Notes: generated by a model not told the origin, from the letters alone. Shown: positions 1 to 10,489, counted from the first letter of the stretch. The stretch: DNA of 52,835 nucleotides from an uncultured Collinsella sp. (GCA_900550205.1 URRJ01000001.1:1-52835), one strand, 5' to 3'. Numbers and translations are program-made.

Positions 1-75
1 TCGCTTACCAATCAGCCGGGCATCAAGCTCGTCGAGTATAGCGGTCGAGCCTGCCCTAGGCGCATCGAAGATTGA
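1..75 (+). CDS. Possible 3' end of a gene entering from the left edge
   Basis: Frame 1 is open from base 1 (SLTNQPGIKLVEYSGRACPRRIED) to TGA at 73-75 with host-like codons. Too short to identify. Confidence 0.3.
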   Translation, partial: SLTNQPGIKLVEYSGRACPRRIED

Positions 76-107
76 TGCATCGGGGACAGGTTGCTTTGCG
101 CCAATGG

Positions 108-1268
108 TTAGCGCAGGAGCTCGGACTGCCAAGCCTCGAGCTGTTCTGCCAAACTCTTGCCGGCAGCGGGCACGTCGATCTGGGGTCGTTTGGGTAACAG
201 TGCGCATTTAAGGATCGCCACGATGGTCTGCGAGATAAAGCGTCGCGTATCTTTGTCAAAGCCTTGCGCAGCCTGGAGCATCACGGGCAGGCTCTCACGC
301 AGATTTCCTGCGATATCCGCAAACCGTTCGGCGCCCGTAGCCTCAAACACGGAGAACAACGCATCTACAAAACGCTCGCGCTCGCTAGGTGACACTGCAA
401 GCAGCATCTCGCGAATGGAGCCATCAACGTATCGAGCACCGGCGGACAGGCGCTCACAGTATACGAAGTCGCGACCATCAACCACCCAGCTAAAGGGATT
501 GTGCTGCAGCAGGCTGAACTCGGTGCTCTCAACGATGGCATAGTCCTCTTGTGTCTCGAACATCATGCCGAAGATCGACGACCGAGGTAGCGTCTTGTCG
601 ATTCGACCGGAAAGATCGGCAAAGGCGTTGCCGCTCAGAAACTCCTCGACGAAGCCCGGACCATCATGGGAATACGCCCGTTCGATTCGCTCACGGGCGA
701 CATCGGAGCACATCGCCGCACCGTACACCGCAAGGTTTCCACCCTTGGAATGACCTCCGCACAAAAGCGGCCCGTCAATCGCATCCGCCGCCTCGTCCAC
801 ATAACGCGCCGCGGATTCCTGGGCCGGCACAGGACACCGGAACGCCATGTTAAAGTCCTCTTTCCAGCCCACAATCGTGCTGTCGGTCCCCCGGAAGGAA
901 AGATAACTAAACCCCACCGGAAACCGAAACGCCATGGCTGCAAACTGCTCTGTCGCTACCACATCGCTCACGGCACGATAGCCGCAAACGTGCACGCCAC
1001 GGTAGCGAGGGCTTGCTGCCACGGCCTCCAACAAGGCCCTGCTCCCCTCTGGGTCCCACAAGTCGTCAATCATGCCCCGGTAGCACTCGGCACGCAGCAG
1101 CTCGCGTACGTCTAGGCCCTGCCAGTTCGTCAGCTCCGCCATATCACCCGGCAAACGCAAATAGGACAACCACGCAAAGACCAGGCTATCCACCGCGCAG
1201 AACGGCCGCTTCTCAAACGGATCAAATGCCGTCTGGGCATAGGTCAAAAAATTAGGCGAATCCGACAT
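108..1268 (-). CDS. DUF2974 / Mbeg1-like alpha/beta hydrolase (lipase-like)
   Basis: Motifs FRGTD..VGWKEDF, GHSKGGNLA (nucleophile elbow) and QHNPFSW. Start trimmed to MSDSPN after a GGAGGG RBS. Confidence 0.85.
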   Translation of the reverse strand: MSDSPNFLTYAQTAFDPFEKRPFCAVDSLVFAWLSYLRLPGDMAELTNWQGLDVRELLRAECYRGMIDDLWDPEGSRALLEAVAASPRYRGVHVCGYRAVSDVVATEQFAAMAFRFPVGFSYLSFRGTDSTIVGWKEDFNMAFRCPVPAQESAARYVDEAADAIDGPLLCGGHSKGGNLAVYGAAMCSDVARERIERAYSHDGPGFVEEFLSGNAFADLSGRIDKTLPRSSIFGMMFETQEDYAIVESTEFSLLQHNPFSWVVDGRDFVYCERLSAGARYVDGSIREMLLAVSPSERERFVDALFSVFEATGAERFADIAGNLRESLPVMLQAAQGFDKDTRRFISQTIVAILKCALLPKRPQIDVPAAGKSLAEQLEAWQSELLR

Positions 1269-1328
1269 GGCCCTCCCATCAACTATGGTGCATTGGGATG
1301 GTGCAAAGTAACCTGACCCCCTTGCACC

Positions 1329-1366
1329 AAAAAGGCGCCCGGACCGTGTGGCCCGGACGCCTTTCA
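1329..1366 (-). terminator. Probable intrinsic terminator of ldh
   Basis: Imperfect stem aaaaaggcgcccgg...ccggacgccttt, giving a U-tract on the minus strand downstream of the ldh stop. Confidence 0.6.
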
Positions 1367-1395
1367 TTGTAGCCTGTTGCCCAAAAGAGCTTGAT

Positions 1396-2346
1396 TTAGC
1401 AGGAGAAGTCGACGCTGTCGATGATGTCCTTGAGGGCCTTGGCGGAGGCGGTGAGCTCATACTGCTCGTCATCGTTCAGCGGCACGGGAACGCGGCAGAC
1501 AACGCCGTCGCGGCCAACGACCGTCGGCATGGAGATGGCCAGATCGGACAGGCCGTACTCGCCCACCATGAGCGAGGAGACAGGCAGAACGGTCTGCTCG
1601 TCACGCATGACGGCAGTGCAGATGCGCTTGACGGCCATGGCGACGCCGTAGTAGGTGGCGTGCTTCTTCTCGATGATGGTGTAGGCGGAGTTCTTGACGT
1701 CCTCGGCGATACGCTTCTCGGCGGCTTCGTGCTCCAGGTGGCCGTGAAGCTCGCAGAAGGTGTTCAGCGGAACGCCGGCAACCTGGGCGCTGGACCAAGC
1801 GACAAACTCGGAGTCGCCGTGCTCGCCCATGACATAGGCCTGGACATCGCGCGGGTCAACCTCAACGTGAGCGCCGAGCATCTGCTGCAGACGGCCGGTG
1901 TCGAGCACGGTGCCGGAACCGATGACGTGGCCCTCGGGCAGGCCGGACATCTTGATGGCGGCGTAGGTCAGAACATCAACCGGGTTGGAGACGATGAGCA
2001 GAATGCCGTCGAAGCCAGACTTCTTAATCTCGGGAATAATGGACTTAAAGATGTTGACGTTCTTGTTAACCAGGTCCAGGCGGGTCTCACCGGGCTTCTG
2101 GGCAGCACCGGCGGTGACGACGATCATGGCGGCGTCGGCGACATCGGAATAATCGCCAGCGTAGATCTTCATCGGCTCGGCAAACGTCATGCCGTGCGCG
2201 ATATCCAGGGCCTCGCCCTCGGCGCGGTTCTTGTCCACGTCGATGAGGACCATCTCGGAGAACAGGCCACTTTGCATCAGCGCGAACGCCGAAGACGAAC
2301 CGACGAAACCGCAGCCGACAATAGCGACCTTCTTCTCGTTAACCAT
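1396..2346 (-). CDS. ldh: L-lactate dehydrogenase
   Basis: IVGCGFVG Rossmann motif, GETRLDLV, SNPVD, GTVLDTGR, GEHGDS and ATYYGVA. Confidence 0.95.
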   Translation of the reverse strand: MVNEKKVAIVGCGFVGSSSAFALMQSGLFSEMVLIDVDKNRAEGEALDIAHGMTFAEPMKIYAGDYSDVADAAMIVVTAGAAQKPGETRLDLVNKNVNIFKSIIPEIKKSGFDGILLIVSNPVDVLTYAAIKMSGLPEGHVIGSGTVLDTGRLQQMLGAHVEVDPRDVQAYVMGEHGDSEFVAWSSAQVAGVPLNTFCELHGHLEHEAAEKRIAEDVKNSAYTIIEKKHATYYGVAMAVKRICTAVMRDEQTVLPVSSLMVGEYGLSDLAISMPTVVGRDGVVCRVPVPLNDDEQYELTASAKALKDIIDSVDFSC

Positions 2347-2507
2347 TAGAAACTCCCATCTCTCTCCACAAGCAAGCCGCCCGGGAACGACCCGAGCGGC
2401 TTGCCGTAATCCCAATACATCCAATCGGGACTTTGATTATGCTCCTATTCGCAGGCAAATATCGACCGTTTACCGAAATTATTTGCAGGATTCGTAAAAT
2501 AACTGCA

Positions 2508-2521
2508 CGAAATCGGTTTCG
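2508..2521. promoter_or_regulatory. LacI-family/cre-like operator upstream of ldh
   Basis: Near-palindrome cgaaatcggtttcg (GAAAnCGnTTTC pattern) in the ldh upstream region. Confidence 0.4.
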
Positions 2522-2547
2522 AACTATTGACGAGCCAAAAAAGCTTT

Positions 2548-3711
2548 CTAATACAGGCCCGCCTCGCGAATGGCCTCGACAGCCAAAGCAATCTGATCGG
2601 GCGGCAGAACCAGCGCCATGCGCACGTGCCCCTCGCCCGAAGGACCAAAGCTCGCGCCCGGCGTCACCACAACGCCGGCCTTCTCCATAAGCTCCTCGCA
2701 AAACGCCATGGAATCGGTGCGGCCACCGGGGAGCTTGGCCCACACAAACATAGAGCCATGCGCGTTGGGTCGCTCCCAGCCCAGGCCCTCAAGACCGTCG
2801 CACAGGGCATCGCGACGCTCCTGGTACTTCAGACGCTGCGCCTCGACTTCATCGCGCGGACCGTTCAGGCAGGCGATAGCAGCCTTCTGGATCGGGAAGA
2901 ACATACCGAAGTCGATCTGGCCGCGCAGCTTGGCAAAGGCAGAGACCACGTCCTCGCGGCCGACCAAAAAGCCGATACGCGCACCGGTGACGTTAAACGA
3001 CTTGGAGAGCGAGAAGAACTCCACGCCCACCTCGAGCGCGCCAGGGTACTGCAAAAAGCTGCCGCCCGGCTCGCCGTCGAACACGATGTCGGAGTATGCG
3101 TTGTCATGGACGATGAGCAGGTCGTGCTCGCGGGCGAAAGCGATGATCTCCTCATAGACCTCGGGCGTGCCCACCGAGCCCACCGGGTTTGCGGGCAGCG
3201 ACACGATCATATATTTGGCGCGATCGGCCACCTCGGAATCGATGCCCGCCACATAGGGCAGGTAATTGTGCTCGGCGACCAGCGGATAGTACTCGAGCTT
3301 GGCATCGGCGATCTTGGCACCCGCCTCAAAGACCGGGTAGCACGGATCGGGAACCAAAATGGTGTCACCCGGATCGAGCAGGGCCAGGCCCAAATGACCC
3401 ACGCCCTCCTGCGTGCCGTTGCACGACTGCACCATAGACGGCGTAATACCCGAAACGCCAAAGCGACGCTCATAGTAATCGCACACGGCTTGCTTGAGTT
3501 CGGGCAGGTCGCGCAGGGCATACTTCCACATCTCGGGATCTTGGGCTGCCTGCGTGAGCGCCTCGACCACATGGTCGTACGGCTTAAAGTCGGGCGTGCC
3601 CACGCTCATGTTGTAAATGGTCTTGCCCTGAGCCTTCAGCGCGAGCAGTTTGTTGTTGAGCGAGGCGAAGACCTCCGCGCCAAAGCGGTCGAGACGCTGC
3701 GATGCCTGCAT
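2548..3711 (-). CDS. PLP-dependent aminotransferase class I/II (LL-DAP aminotransferase-like)
   Basis: PANPVG, HDNAY and SLSKSF..TGARIG (PLP lysine). Start MQASQRL follows an AAAGGTGG RBS. Confidence 0.9.
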   Translation of the reverse strand: MQASQRLDRFGAEVFASLNNKLLALKAQGKTIYNMSVGTPDFKPYDHVVEALTQAAQDPEMWKYALRDLPELKQAVCDYYERRFGVSGITPSMVQSCNGTQEGVGHLGLALLDPGDTILVPDPCYPVFEAGAKIADAKLEYYPLVAEHNYLPYVAGIDSEVADRAKYMIVSLPANPVGSVGTPEVYEEIIAFAREHDLLIVHDNAYSDIVFDGEPGGSFLQYPGALEVGVEFFSLSKSFNVTGARIGFLVGREDVVSAFAKLRGQIDFGMFFPIQKAAIACLNGPRDEVEAQRLKYQERRDALCDGLEGLGWERPNAHGSMFVWAKLPGGRTDSMAFCEELMEKAGVVVTPGASFGPSGEGHVRMALVLPPDQIALAVEAIREAGLY

Positions 3712-3829
3712 GGTGCCACCTTTCGATATGAAAAACGCGGCGCTCCGACAAGAGCGCCGCGCGATACGGGCCATCAGATTGCAAAAGTGTAACGCTTGCA
3801 ACCCCCGTATTGGTTCAATTTAGCCAACC

Positions 3830-5809
3830 TTAGTCATTTGGATTGAGCGCGTCGATCTGCACAAGCCACAGACGTGAGCTGGCGTCACTCGGCATACGCC
3901 AATCGCCGCGCGGGCTGAGCGTCACCGAGCCCACCTTGGGACCATCGGGCAGGCAGCTGCGCTTAAACTGCTGGGCAAAGAAGCGACGATAGAACGTACG
4001 CAGCCACGTGTGGACGGTCTTGGCGTCGTAGACGCCCTCGAAGCTCTTGAGCGCCATGCGGTAGATCTTGCCCGGCTCAAAGCCAAAACGCAGCAGGTAG
4101 TAGAGGAAGTAGTCGTGCAGCTCGTACGGGCCCACCAAATCCTCGGTCTTCTGTGCAATCTCGCCATCGCCCGTGGGCGGCAGAAGCTCAGGGGACACCG
4201 GTGTATCGAGGATGTCGAGCAAGACCTCGGCAATACGCCCGCCAAAGACATCGGCGGCATAGCGCACCAAGTGACGCACAAGCGTCTTGGGCACGCTCGC
4301 GTTGACGGCGTACATGCTCATGTGGTCGCCGTTATAGGTAGCCCAGCCGAGCGCCAGCTCCGACAGGTCGCCCGTGCCGATGACAAAGCCGCCAGCCTGG
4401 TTGGCCAGATCCATCAGAATCTGCGTACGCTCGCGGGCCTGGCTGTTCTCGTAGGTCACGTCTTGGACAGCCGGATCATGCTCAATGTCCTTGAAGTGCT
4501 GCTCCACGGCCGCGTGGATCGAAACCTCGCGGAAGCTCACGCCCAGGTCGCGGGCGAGCGACTCGGCATTCGACTTGGTACGATGCGTCGTGCCAAAGCC
4601 GGGCATGGAAACCGCCGTGATACCCGTGCGCGGCAGCCCCAGCGCATCGAAGGCACGCACGGTCACAAGCAGTGCCAGCGTGGAGTCCAAGCCACCCGAA
4701 AGGCCGATGACCGCAGCCTTGGTGCCCGTGTGGGCAAGGCGAGTCTTGAGGCCAGCAGTCTGCAGATTGAGAATAGTCTCGCAGCGCTCGGCCAGATCAC
4801 CGTGGTCGGCCGGCACAAAAGGCGCGCGAGGGAAAACGCGGTCGATATCGCAGGCATCGCGCAGAACAGGCTCTTTGGCCAGCACGCCCTCAAACGAAAA
4901 CTCAACGGTCGTGGCCTCCGGCGCATCGTCCGCGCGCGTCCACGTCGTCGAGCGACGGCGCTCGGCAACCAGGCGGTCAAGATCGACATCGGCCACCGCC
5001 ATATCGCAGGTGAGGAGCTTCGTGGCGGCAAGCTTAGATCCGTTTTCATAGACGAGGTTCTCGCCCGCAAAGACCATATCGGTCGTAGACTCGCCCTCAC
5101 TCGCGTCCGCATAGGCATAGGCGCAGTACAGGCGCGCGCTTTGGTTAGAGATAAGGCTGCGGCGGTAATCTGCCTTACCGATGATCTCGTCGGAAGCGGA
5201 GAGGTTGAGAATCACCGTGGCACCGGCAAGCGCCATCTCGGTCGAAGGGGGCGCCGGCACCCACAGGTCCTCACAGACCTCAACGCCCAGCACCAGGTCC
5301 TCGGCGCCCTCATCACAGCAACGGTAGACAAGCCCCGAACCCAGCGGGACCGGACCCTGACCGGCAAACTCGACCCACACGGGATCTGCGGGCGCCGGAA
5401 CAAACCAGCGGCGCTCGTAGAACTCGCCATAGTTGGGCAGATACTTCTTGGCCGTGAGGCCCAAAAGCTCGCCCGCGCAGCACACGGCAGCGCAGTTGTA
5501 GATATTCTCGGCAACTGCAACGGGAAGACCGATGGTAAAGACAATCGGCAGCTCGCGGGTTTCATCGAGAATATGTGCCAGTGCGGTCTCGCAGGCATGC
5601 AGTAATGTACGGTTATGGAACAGATCGGCTGCGGTATAGCCAGTCAGATTAAGCTCGGGCAACACCAACGCACGAACGCCACGCTCGGCAGCATCGCGAA
5701 CAGCCGCCAGCGCAGCCTCGGCATTGCCCTCGACATCGGCAACGCGAATCTGCGGCGACGCCGCCGCCACACGCAAAAAGCCATCAGACTGAGAAAGGTG
5801 AAGATTCAT
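3830..5809 (-). CDS. nadE: Glutamine-dependent NAD+ synthetase
   Basis: Nitrilase-like N-domain (LPELNLTGY, EVCEDLW) plus NAD synthase domain (GLSGGLDST, ENSQARER, QQFKRSCLPDGPKVG). Alternative start at 5836. Confidence 0.95.
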   Translation of the reverse strand: MNLHLSQSDGFLRVAAASPQIRVADVEGNAEAALAAVRDAAERGVRALVLPELNLTGYTAADLFHNRTLLHACETALAHILDETRELPIVFTIGLPVAVAENIYNCAAVCCAGELLGLTAKKYLPNYGEFYERRWFVPAPADPVWVEFAGQGPVPLGSGLVYRCCDEGAEDLVLGVEVCEDLWVPAPPSTEMALAGATVILNLSASDEIIGKADYRRSLISNQSARLYCAYAYADASEGESTTDMVFAGENLVYENGSKLAATKLLTCDMAVADVDLDRLVAERRRSTTWTRADDAPEATTVEFSFEGVLAKEPVLRDACDIDRVFPRAPFVPADHGDLAERCETILNLQTAGLKTRLAHTGTKAAVIGLSGGLDSTLALLVTVRAFDALGLPRTGITAVSMPGFGTTHRTKSNAESLARDLGVSFREVSIHAAVEQHFKDIEHDPAVQDVTYENSQARERTQILMDLANQAGGFVIGTGDLSELALGWATYNGDHMSMYAVNASVPKTLVRHLVRYAADVFGGRIAEVLLDILDTPVSPELLPPTGDGEIAQKTEDLVGPYELHDYFLYYLLRFGFEPGKIYRMALKSFEGVYDAKTVHTWLRTFYRRFFAQQFKRSCLPDGPKVGSVTLSPRGDWRMPSDASSRLWLVQIDALNPND

Positions 5810-6012
5810 AAGAATGCTCCCGTGCGTAGACGCCATTCACAACAATTAGCAAGCCCTATTGTAGTTCAACCGCCGGGTGTAACCGCATCCCACCAACTTG
5901 GTGAGCTATTGATGAGTTGATGGTATCTGTTAAATGTCACGTACGATTCACATCTGGTGGGTACCCTGATGGCTACACGAAACGAAGCAGATTTACACCG
6001 GGAGGACCCCGT

Positions 6013-6957
6013 ATGACAACCAAGTACACCGACGCGCCGCGCACGCGCGTCATGACACCGGCCGCGCTCAACAACGGCGTTCACGAAAACCATTCCATCG
6101 GACAGACCATGGCCATCGCGCCCAAAAAGGGCCTGTTCGACGACATTTCCATTCCCCAGATCATCGCCAGCGCTGCGGCTGCCGCCACGAGCGTCGCGCT
6201 TGCTTCCAAGATCGGCATCGCTGGTTCAGTAATTGGTGCCGCCGTGAGCTCGGTCATCACCGTTGTGTCCTCGCAGGTCTACCGCCACTTTATCTCTGCC
6301 AGCGCCGAAGCCCTCAAAGGTACGCACGCCGCCGACGACTACCCTGCCGGCGCCTATGAGCCCGTTGAGTTTAATGCCAAGGAGCACCTGGGCGGCGCCG
6401 CGACCACGCAGGAAATGCGCCAGGTTGCGGGACGCGCGACCACGGCACGCGTCGCCCCTAACAGCCTGCGCGCCAAAGCCGCGGCAGAGCGCAGCCAGAC
6501 GCAAAAGAAGGTCATCGTCTTCTCGATCGCCATCGCCATCGTCGCGGTCATCGCCTGCGCCGGCGCCATCCTTATCACTACGGCCGGTGAGGGCCTGGGC
6601 GAGCGTCCCGAGCCAATCCTTTCGTCGCACACGACCGAGCACGACGCGGATAACTCCGGTCAATCGCAAAGCCAGCAGGACGACCCGCAGGGCAACTCCG
6701 TATCCACCGACTCCTCATCGAACACCCCCGATCAATCGCAGGGCGTCGATTCCTCTACGGCTAACAGCGGCACGCAATCCGGCACGACCGACTCAAGCCA
6801 AACGACTGACGGCTCTCAGCCGAGCACGGGCGACCAGACGAGCGGCAATACATCGGGCACGGAATCTACCGACAACAGCAGCACCAACAGCTCGAGTGGA
6901 ACCGCGTCCGGCACGACATCTGACAGCTCGAGCCAAGGCACGGCATCGGGCAACTAA
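6013..6957 (+). CDS. Hypothetical membrane protein with Ser/Thr/Gln-rich low-complexity C-terminal tail
   Basis: GGAGG RBS. Hydrophobic segments (IIASAAAAATSVAL..., VIVFSIAIAIVAVIACAG) followed by an S/T/Q/D-rich tail. Confidence 0.8.
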   Translation: MTTKYTDAPRTRVMTPAALNNGVHENHSIGQTMAIAPKKGLFDDISIPQIIASAAAAATSVALASKIGIAGSVIGAAVSSVITVVSSQVYRHFISASAEALKGTHAADDYPAGAYEPVEFNAKEHLGGAATTQEMRQVAGRATTARVAPNSLRAKAAAERSQTQKKVIVFSIAIAIVAVIACAGAILITTAGEGLGERPEPILSSHTTEHDADNSGQSQSQQDDPQGNSVSTDSSSNTPDQSQGVDSSTANSGTQSGTTDSSQTTDGSQPSTGDQTSGNTSGTESTDNSSTNSSSGTASGTTSDSSSQGTASGN

Positions 6958-7095
6958 GCACGTTTGCCTCTCATAGAGAACCGACCTGTATAACGGGCGC
7001 GAACCGGCAACGGTCGCGCCCGTTTGCTTTGGGTGCCGAGGTGGCACGCCCCGTGCGATGGTAAGATGCTCTGGTGTGTAAAGAGGAGATTTGCC

Positions 7096-8385
7096 ATGAG
7101 CAAGACAATAGTTACGCCCACGCTCTCACTGGGCAACCACATCTATCTGTATCGCCTGCTGCGCGACGCGATTGGGTGCGGTAAGCAAACGTTTATGACG
7201 CAGGTCGAGGAGGCGCTCGCCGCCGGCGACATGGCCGCTTATGACCTGGGCTTCGAGTCCACGCGCGAGTTGCTCGAGGAACTCGACGACTGCATTAAGC
7301 TGACCGTCTTTAAGGGCGGCCGACTGTATGCCACCGTCATCGCCAACGAGGCCTGGGATGCCGCCCTTGCCAAGGGCGAGGACAAGCCCAAGACAGCCAA
7401 GGGAGCCAAGCAGTCCTACAAAAAGAAAAAGCGCGGCGAGAAAGACCTCAAGGCTGTGCGTCCCAAGCACGTTAAGCGTCCCGAACCCGTAGTTGAAGCT
7501 GTGCCCGAGCCCGAGATCGAAGTCGCTATTGAGGTAACGGCAGAAGCCGAAACCGAAATCGCCGCCACGACCGATCACGAAGTCATATCCGAGCAGGAAG
7601 CCACCGCGGAGCTCAACGAGGCTCCCAAGTCGACAACCGAAGAAGCCGCCAACCAACCCGAGACGCCTGCGTTCCAAAACAGCGATGTCTTTGGCGACGA
7701 GGCTGAGGATGATCAGCCCGAAGAGCCCGCAGAACAGGACGCTGCCGAAGCGGCATCGGAGCCCGAGACGCCGCAGCCCGCCATCTCGCTTACGGTCGTC
7801 TATGACCCCGAGAACGCCAACGCCGGCATCACCACCATGGCATCCACGCCCATCGAGGCAAAGTCGAGCGTCGAGAATGAGAACGCGACGCAGGTTGAGG
7901 TTGAAACCGCAGTTGCAGACGCGCCCGTCACCGTAAAGCCCGCAGATTCCGAGATCAAGCCGGAAGTAACGCCGGAGCCCGCACCCGTCATCGAATCCGT
8001 GTCCGCCGCTGCTTGCGACCAAATTCCCGCACCGACACCGGCTTCGGTACCCACAGCGGCCCCAGCCCCCGCACCCGTAGCGCCGACCATCCCCAAGGAC
8101 TTCCCCGTCGATTTCGCAACCGAGGTCTTCTGCCCCGGCCCGCTTCTACACCAGCTGTCGACCTATCTCCCCTACGGCGCCGACACGCTCGGCATCGTCG
8201 GCGAGTACTATTGGATCGCCCGCGAGCGCGGTACCATCGAGGCAGCGCGAAATCGCGCAAGCTTCCCCCTACGCTACACGCAGGCCGGCGAGCGCCACGA
8301 AGTCATCGTGCGCATCCGCCGCAACACCACCGGCGGTCTCGGAGCCGCCTGGACTATCGATAAAGTCGAAGAACCCGAGCAGTAA
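7096..8385 (+). CDS. Hypothetical protein with two globular ends and a long acidic Glu/Pro/Ala linker
   Basis: GAGGAG RBS, long ORF with host codon bias and a terminator immediately downstream. Confidence 0.8.
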   Translation: MSKTIVTPTLSLGNHIYLYRLLRDAIGCGKQTFMTQVEEALAAGDMAAYDLGFESTRELLEELDDCIKLTVFKGGRLYATVIANEAWDAALAKGEDKPKTAKGAKQSYKKKKRGEKDLKAVRPKHVKRPEPVVEAVPEPEIEVAIEVTAEAETEIAATTDHEVISEQEATAELNEAPKSTTEEAANQPETPAFQNSDVFGDEAEDDQPEEPAEQDAAEAASEPETPQPAISLTVVYDPENANAGITTMASTPIEAKSSVENENATQVEVETAVADAPVTVKPADSEIKPEVTPEPAPVIESVSAAACDQIPAPTPASVPTAAPAPAPVAPTIPKDFPVDFATEVFCPGPLLHQLSTYLPYGADTLGIVGEYYWIARERGTIEAARNRASFPLRYTQAGERHEVIVRIRRNTTGGLGAAWTIDKVEEPEQ

Positions 8386-8388
8386 CGA

Positions 8389-8426
8389 CAAACGGCTCAA
8401 ATCCAAACCCGGATTTGAGCCGTTTT
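8389..8426 (+). terminator. Intrinsic terminator
   Basis: Stem aaacggctcaaatcc / ggatttgagccgtttt just after the stop at 8385. Confidence 0.75.
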
Positions 8427-8464
8427 CATTACGCATTTATTGATATTGCTCATTTATCGATGTT

Positions 8465-8600
8465 GCGTAACCGACAGCGAGCGGGTCGCAAGTGCCCCAG
8501 GTTGCCGTGAAAGAGGAGCGACGCGTACTTCGGTACGCGAGCGACGGTTTGAACGGCAAGATGGGGTGCTTGCGGCCCGCGCAGCGTCGAGCAGTTACGC
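8465..8600 (+). repeat. ~135-bp nested palindromic element (MITE/REP-like or structured RNA)
   Basis: Nested arms gcgtaac/gttacgc, gcgggtcgcaagtgcccca/tggggtgcttgcggcccgc and ttgccgt/acggcaa, with an apical cgcgtac-TTCG-gtacgcg hairpin. Confidence 0.7.
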
Positions 8601-8624
8601 GGTTTGGAAAAACCGCGTAACGAT

Positions 8625-10304
8625 CTAGTCGCGCGTCAGCTTGCGGTGAATACGATGCGGCTGGGCTGCGTCCTCGCCCAGGCGCTCGATACGGTTGGCC
8701 TGATAGGCCTCGAAGTTGCCCTCGAACCAATACCAGTTGCCCGGATTCTCGTCGGTGCCCTCCCACGCCAGAATGTGCGTGGCGACGCGGTCCAGGAACA
8801 TACGGTCGTGGCTAATGACCACCGAGCAGCCCGGGAACTCGAGCAGCGCCGCTTCGAGCGAGGACAGCGTCTCGACGTCGAGGTCGTTCGTGGGCTCGTC
8901 GAGGAGCAGCAGGTTGCCGCCCTGCTTGAGCGTGAGCGCCAGGTTCAGACGGTTGCGCTCGCCGCCGGAGAGCACGCCAGCGCGCTTCTGCTGGTCCTGG
9001 CCCTTAAAGCCAAAGCTCGCCACATAAGCGCGGCTCGGAACCTCGGTCTCGCCGACCATCATGTGGTCCAGGCCGTCCGAGACGACCTCCCATAGGTTCT
9101 TGTCGGGGTCGATGCCGGAACGGTTCTGGTCGACATAGGAGATCTTGACGGTCTCGCCCACCTCGAGCTCGCCCGAAGTCAGCGGCTCCAGACCCACAAT
9201 CGTCTTGAACAGTGTGGTCTTGCCCACGCCGTTGGGACCGATCACGCCCACGATGCCGTTGCGCGGCAGGGTGAACGAAAGGTCATCGATGAGCACGCGG
9301 CCATCGAACTCCTTGTGCAGATGATGGGCCTCGAGCACCTTGTTGCCCAAACGCGGGCCCACAGGGATGCGGATGTCGGTCCAGTCGAGCTTCTGGCTTG
9401 CGCGGGCCTCGGCCTCCATCTCCTCGTAGCGAGCAAGACGGGCCTTGTTCTTTGCCTGGCGAGCCTTGGGCGAGCTGCGTACCCACTCGAGCTCGGCCTC
9501 CATCCGCTTGGCGAGCTTGGCGTCACGGTTGCCCTGAGCCTCGATACGCGCGGCCTTGGTCTCCAGATACGTTGAGTAGTTGCCCTTGTAGGGATAAAGG
9601 TGACCGCGGTCAACCTCGCAGATCCACTCGGCAACGTTATCCAGGAAGTAGCGATCGTGCGTAACGGCAAGCACCGCGCCCTGGTAGTTGTGCAGGAAGT
9701 GCTCGAGCCACAGGATCGACTCGGCGTCCAGGTGGTTCGTGGGCTCGTCGAGCAGCAGCAGGTCGGGAGCCTCGAGCAGCAGCTTGCACAGGGCCACGCG
9801 ACGACGCTCGCCGCCGGAAAGCACGTTGACCGGCATGTCGGAATCGGGCAGCTGCAGGGCGTCCATGGCCTGGCCGAGCTTGGAATCGATATCCCAGCCG
9901 TCGGCGGCGTCGATCTCGTCCTGGAGCTTGCCCATCTCGGCCATGAGGGCGTCCATGTCGCAATCCGGGTCGCACATCTCCTCGCCGATCTTATTGAAGC
10001 GATCGACCTTGGCGATCATATCACCAAACGCCATGCGCACGTTCTCGATGACGGTCTTGTCGTCATCGAGCGGCGGCTCCTGCTGCAGGATGCCCACAGT
10101 GTAGCCGGGGGTGAGCCTGGCATCGCCGTTGGAGACCTCCTCGATGCCGGCCATGATCTTGAGCAGGGTCGACTTGCCCATGCCGTTGGGACCCACAACG
10201 CCGATCTTGGCACCGGGGTAGAAGCTCAGGGTCACGTCGTCAAGGATTACCTTGTCGCCATGGGCCTTACGAGCCTGATACATCTGGTAGATAAACTCCG
10301 CCAT
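8625..10304 (-). CDS. ettA: Energy-dependent translational throttle protein (ABC-F)
   Basis: MAEFIY start, two ABC domains (GPNGMGKST, LSGGERRR, GPNGVGKTT) and the ELEWVRSSPKARQAKNKARL linker. Confidence 0.95.
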   Translation of the reverse strand: MAEFIYQMYQARKAHGDKVILDDVTLSFYPGAKIGVVGPNGMGKSTLLKIMAGIEEVSNGDARLTPGYTVGILQQEPPLDDDKTVIENVRMAFGDMIAKVDRFNKIGEEMCDPDCDMDALMAEMGKLQDEIDAADGWDIDSKLGQAMDALQLPDSDMPVNVLSGGERRRVALCKLLLEAPDLLLLDEPTNHLDAESILWLEHFLHNYQGAVLAVTHDRYFLDNVAEWICEVDRGHLYPYKGNYSTYLETKAARIEAQGNRDAKLAKRMEAELEWVRSSPKARQAKNKARLARYEEMEAEARASQKLDWTDIRIPVGPRLGNKVLEAHHLHKEFDGRVLIDDLSFTLPRNGIVGVIGPNGVGKTTLFKTIVGLEPLTSGELEVGETVKISYVDQNRSGIDPDKNLWEVVSDGLDHMMVGETEVPSRAYVASFGFKGQDQQKRAGVLSGGERNRLNLALTLKQGGNLLLLDEPTNDLDVETLSSLEAALLEFPGCSVVISHDRMFLDRVATHILAWEGTDENPGNWYWFEGNFEAYQANRIERLGEDAAQPHRIHRKLTRD

Positions 10305-10489
10305 TTGCCTGTTTTATCCTTTCTACCTGCTGTTTCTCTATTCTTGATTCGCTTTAGTGGAAACGAAATGAGAAAACCAGCTCTGAAACGTAACGAAAAA
10401 AGGGGCATGGTTGCCCATACCCCCTAATACTACCTGGGAAAAGTCCCCCGGAACATACTATGAACTGCGTACGCTAGTTTTCCGCAACC

